A stretch of DNA of 35,714 nt from a virus. This document shows, piece after piece, positions 34,292-35,714 of this stretch. Made by a program: the position numbers and the translations under genes. Below the pieces are notes generated by a model. The model ran no database searches, was not told the DNA's origin, and saw only the letters and a program-made list of their open reading frames with translations. The stretch's first letter is position 1, and the number at the start of each line of letters is the position of its first letter. The DNA lies in IMG/VR virus record IMGVR_UViG_3300044557_000432, positions 1 to 35,714 of that record; one strand, 5' to 3'.

Positions 34292-34313
34292 AAAAGCCCC
34301 ACGGGAATGGGGC
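34292..34313. terminator. Hairpin AAGCCCCA-cgggaa-TGGGGCTT
   Basis: 8-bp stem with A-runs on both sides and no clean T-tail on the + strand. Confidence 0.3.
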
Positions 34314-34350
34314 TTCGAAAAAGGAATTACAAGAGAAAGGATACACCGTC

Positions 34351-34737
34351 ATGACCGCAATCGTCCAGCAGAGCATTGATGATCTGCTCACTGATGGTGC
34401 GCGTAGAAGCGACCCGGACACGAGCAAGATCGCCGCTCGCCGCGTGAACCGCAAGAACGGTCAACGCATCGTCCTCGAAGCGTTCGCTTGGGCATACAGG
34501 CACGGGCAGAAGGCCATCAACGAGGAGACGTTGAACACCATCGTCTTCGAGAGACTCCCCTACTCGGAGGTCGACATCAAGCGTGATTCACCACGCAAGC
34601 GTCGCTCCAATCTCGAGGAGAGGGGCCTCATCGAAGCCACGGGGAAGAAGGCCAGGAACGTTGGCGGTTCTCAAATGGGCTTGTACCGGCTCACCGACAA
34701 GGCCGTCTCGATTCTCCACGAGGAGGGTCTGCTATGA
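34351..34737 (+). CDS. Winged-helix (MarR-like) DNA-binding protein
   Basis: C-terminal RRSNLEERGLIEATGKKARNVGGSQMGLYRLTDKA resembles a wHTH wing. Confidence 0.5.
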   Translation: MTAIVQQSIDDLLTDGARRSDPDTSKIAARRVNRKNGQRIVLEAFAWAYRHGQKAINEETLNTIVFERLPYSEVDIKRDSPRKRRSNLEERGLIEATGKKARNVGGSQMGLYRLTDKAVSILHEEGLL

Positions 34738-34961
34738 ACCTCGACGAGATCCTACCGAAGCAGCAGAAGCGTTTCAACAGTCGGGAACTGTCGGAGGCGT
34801 TTGGTCAGACGGCAACGTTTTTCGACAACGCACGTTTCAGCGACAAGGGTCCGAACTTCATCAAGCTGGGCGACGACAACAAAAGCCGCGTGGTGTACCT
34901 GCGCAGCGACGTCGAAGCCTGGGCCAAAAACCACTACCACGTCACGGAGGACATGCGATGA
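34734..34961 (+). CDS. Excisionase-family (AlpA/MerR-like HTH) DNA-binding protein
   Basis: FNSRELSEAFGQTATFFDNARFSDKGPNFIKLGDDNKSRVVYLRSDVEAWA matches the Xis-type HTH pattern. Confidence 0.6.
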   Translation: MNLDEILPKQQKRFNSRELSEAFGQTATFFDNARFSDKGPNFIKLGDDNKSRVVYLRSDVEAWAKNHYHVTEDMR

Positions 34962-35203
34962 GGAGACCACGCTTCTACAAGCCCATCGATGGACATGAGC
35001 AGATGCAGGCCACGTTGAGGGATTTCAGCACCGAGACCGTGTCGGTCCTCACGATGAAGAGGCTCTTCCAACGCCTGGTGTGCAGGAAGACGAACAATCT
35101 GCGCTTCTACTATCCCCCGTCGTTGGAGTCCATCACCTATTCCCCTGTCTCGGAGACCATGTTCGCCTCCGTACCGTATCTCAACCTGAAGGAATCGAAA
35201 TGA
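34958..35203 (+). CDS. Hypothetical protein
   Basis: ATGA overlaps at both ends, 81 aa. Confidence 0.5.
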   Translation: MRRPRFYKPIDGHEQMQATLRDFSTETVSVLTMKRLFQRLVCRKTNNLRFYYPPSLESITYSPVSETMFASVPYLNLKESK

Positions 35204-35670
35204 GCAAGGGCATTCCCGTCACCATCATCGGCAATCTGACGGCCGACCCGGAGCTGCGCACCATCGCCAGCGGTGCTTCGGTGGTGAACTTCACCATCGC
35301 GCAGACCGACCGCTCCTACAACAAACAATCCCAGCAGTACGAGGACGGCGACACCGTGTTCCTGCGCTGCTCCGCATGGCGTCAACTGGCCATCAACATA
35401 ACGCAATCCCTCACCAAGGGCATGCCAGTCATCGCCCACGGTGGTCTCTCTCAACGCTCCTATCAGACGCAGAGCGGGGAGAACCGGACTGTGATGGAGC
35501 TGCAGGTGGATTCGATAGGCCCGAACCTCACCGCCTCAACGGCGGTGGTCACACGCACCAAGCGCGGTGAGACCCCTGCTTATTCAGCGCCTTCGGCACC
35601 TGTATCGAATTTCGTTCCACCCGACACGGACATGAATCAGGACCCCGATTTCTCGGGGTTCGCGGCATGA
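35200..35670 (+). CDS. ssb: Single-stranded DNA-binding protein
   Basis: VTIIGNLTADPELRTIASGASVVNFTIAQTDR...FLRCSAWRQLAINI...V OB-fold pattern; acidic/aromatic tail DPDFSGF. Confidence 0.9.
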   Translation: MSKGIPVTIIGNLTADPELRTIASGASVVNFTIAQTDRSYNKQSQQYEDGDTVFLRCSAWRQLAINITQSLTKGMPVIAHGGLSQRSYQTQSGENRTVMELQVDSIGPNLTASTAVVTRTKRGETPAYSAPSAPVSNFVPPDTDMNQDPDFSGFAA

Positions 35671-35714
35671 GGGACATGGAGGAGTCGATGGCACATATCT
35701 TCAGGAGACTGCGG
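35588..35714. repeat. Second copy of the 127-bp terminal repeat
   Basis: Identical by eye to 1-127. Confidence 0.95.

Larger units (their letters stand above)
1..35714. mobile_element. Complete temperate siphovirus-type phage genome (circular or circularly permuted; unique length 35587 bp), high-GC Actinomycetota host, Bifidobacterium-like
   Basis: Lysogeny, replication, packaging, head, tail and lysis modules plus integrase and attP are all present; the contig ends are identical over 127 bp. Confidence 0.85.

Noticed and set aside
1-35714. Looked for CRISPR arrays, complete tRNA or rRNA genes, reverse transcriptase/DGR template-variable repeat pairs, and transposase/IS elements
   Set aside because: No spaced direct-repeat arrays, no full cloverleaf-capable tRNA, no RT-like ORF (YxDD motif) and no transposase-like ORF or terminal inverted repeats were seen. 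The variable tail-gene region is explained by the inversion cassettes.

Overview
The window is a complete, circularly closed genome of a temperate siphovirus-type phage. Bases 1-127 are identical to 35588-35714, so the unique length is 35587 bp. Composition (about 55-65 % GC over most of the window) and gene content point to an Actinomycetota host, probably Bifidobacterium-like; the host call is inference. Nearly all genes are on the + strand and tightly packed, with many ATGA stop/start overlaps. Gene order: early/replication genes 80-7924 (XRE regulator, replication initiator-like protein with internal iterons, HNH, DivIVA-Orn exonuclease, ParB-like protein, lipoprotein, Zn-ribbon/HTH regulator); a small reverse-strand low-GC Zn-ribbon gene; HNH, terS and terL; HK97-type portal, protease and capsid; head-tail joining genes; major tail protein, frameshifted chaperone and tape measure; Dit and Tal-like proteins; a fibre with an S74 chaperone domain; a receptor-binding tail protein; lysis genes (GH25-CW_7-LysM endolysin plus holin); a low-GC accessory island; attP carrying a tRNA 3' end; integrase; a membrane protein; an ImmA/ImmR-type repressor pair; a divergent-promoter switch; then cro-like, xis-like and ssb genes. 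The most interesting system is an invertible tail-fibre shufflon at 24.5-26.5 kb. One expressed and two silent, opposite-strand C-terminal cassettes of the receptor-binding protein are each bounded by a 15-bp dyad site sharing the core TTCCGTA in the same reading phase, next to a dedicated small tyrosine recombinase. This matches what I recall of the Rin shufflon reported for bifidobacterial prophages, but here there are extra core copies, including one in the Dit gene, and phased CTACTAG repeats upstream of the recombinase. Second in interest is a roughly 2.3-kb low-GC island (28.4-30.7 kb). It holds a 380-aa protein with an Rx4H (HEPN-like) motif whose ORF is interrupted by an in-frame TGA followed by 65 further open codons, plus a repeat-dense non-coding leader. 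Other observations are a lambda-like origin inside the initiator gene, two extreme C+A-rich G/T-depleted tracts, a leaderless repressor with three operator palindromes, and mutually exclusive hairpins ahead of the endolysin. All calls rest on reading the sequence and the translations by eye. No database searches were run.
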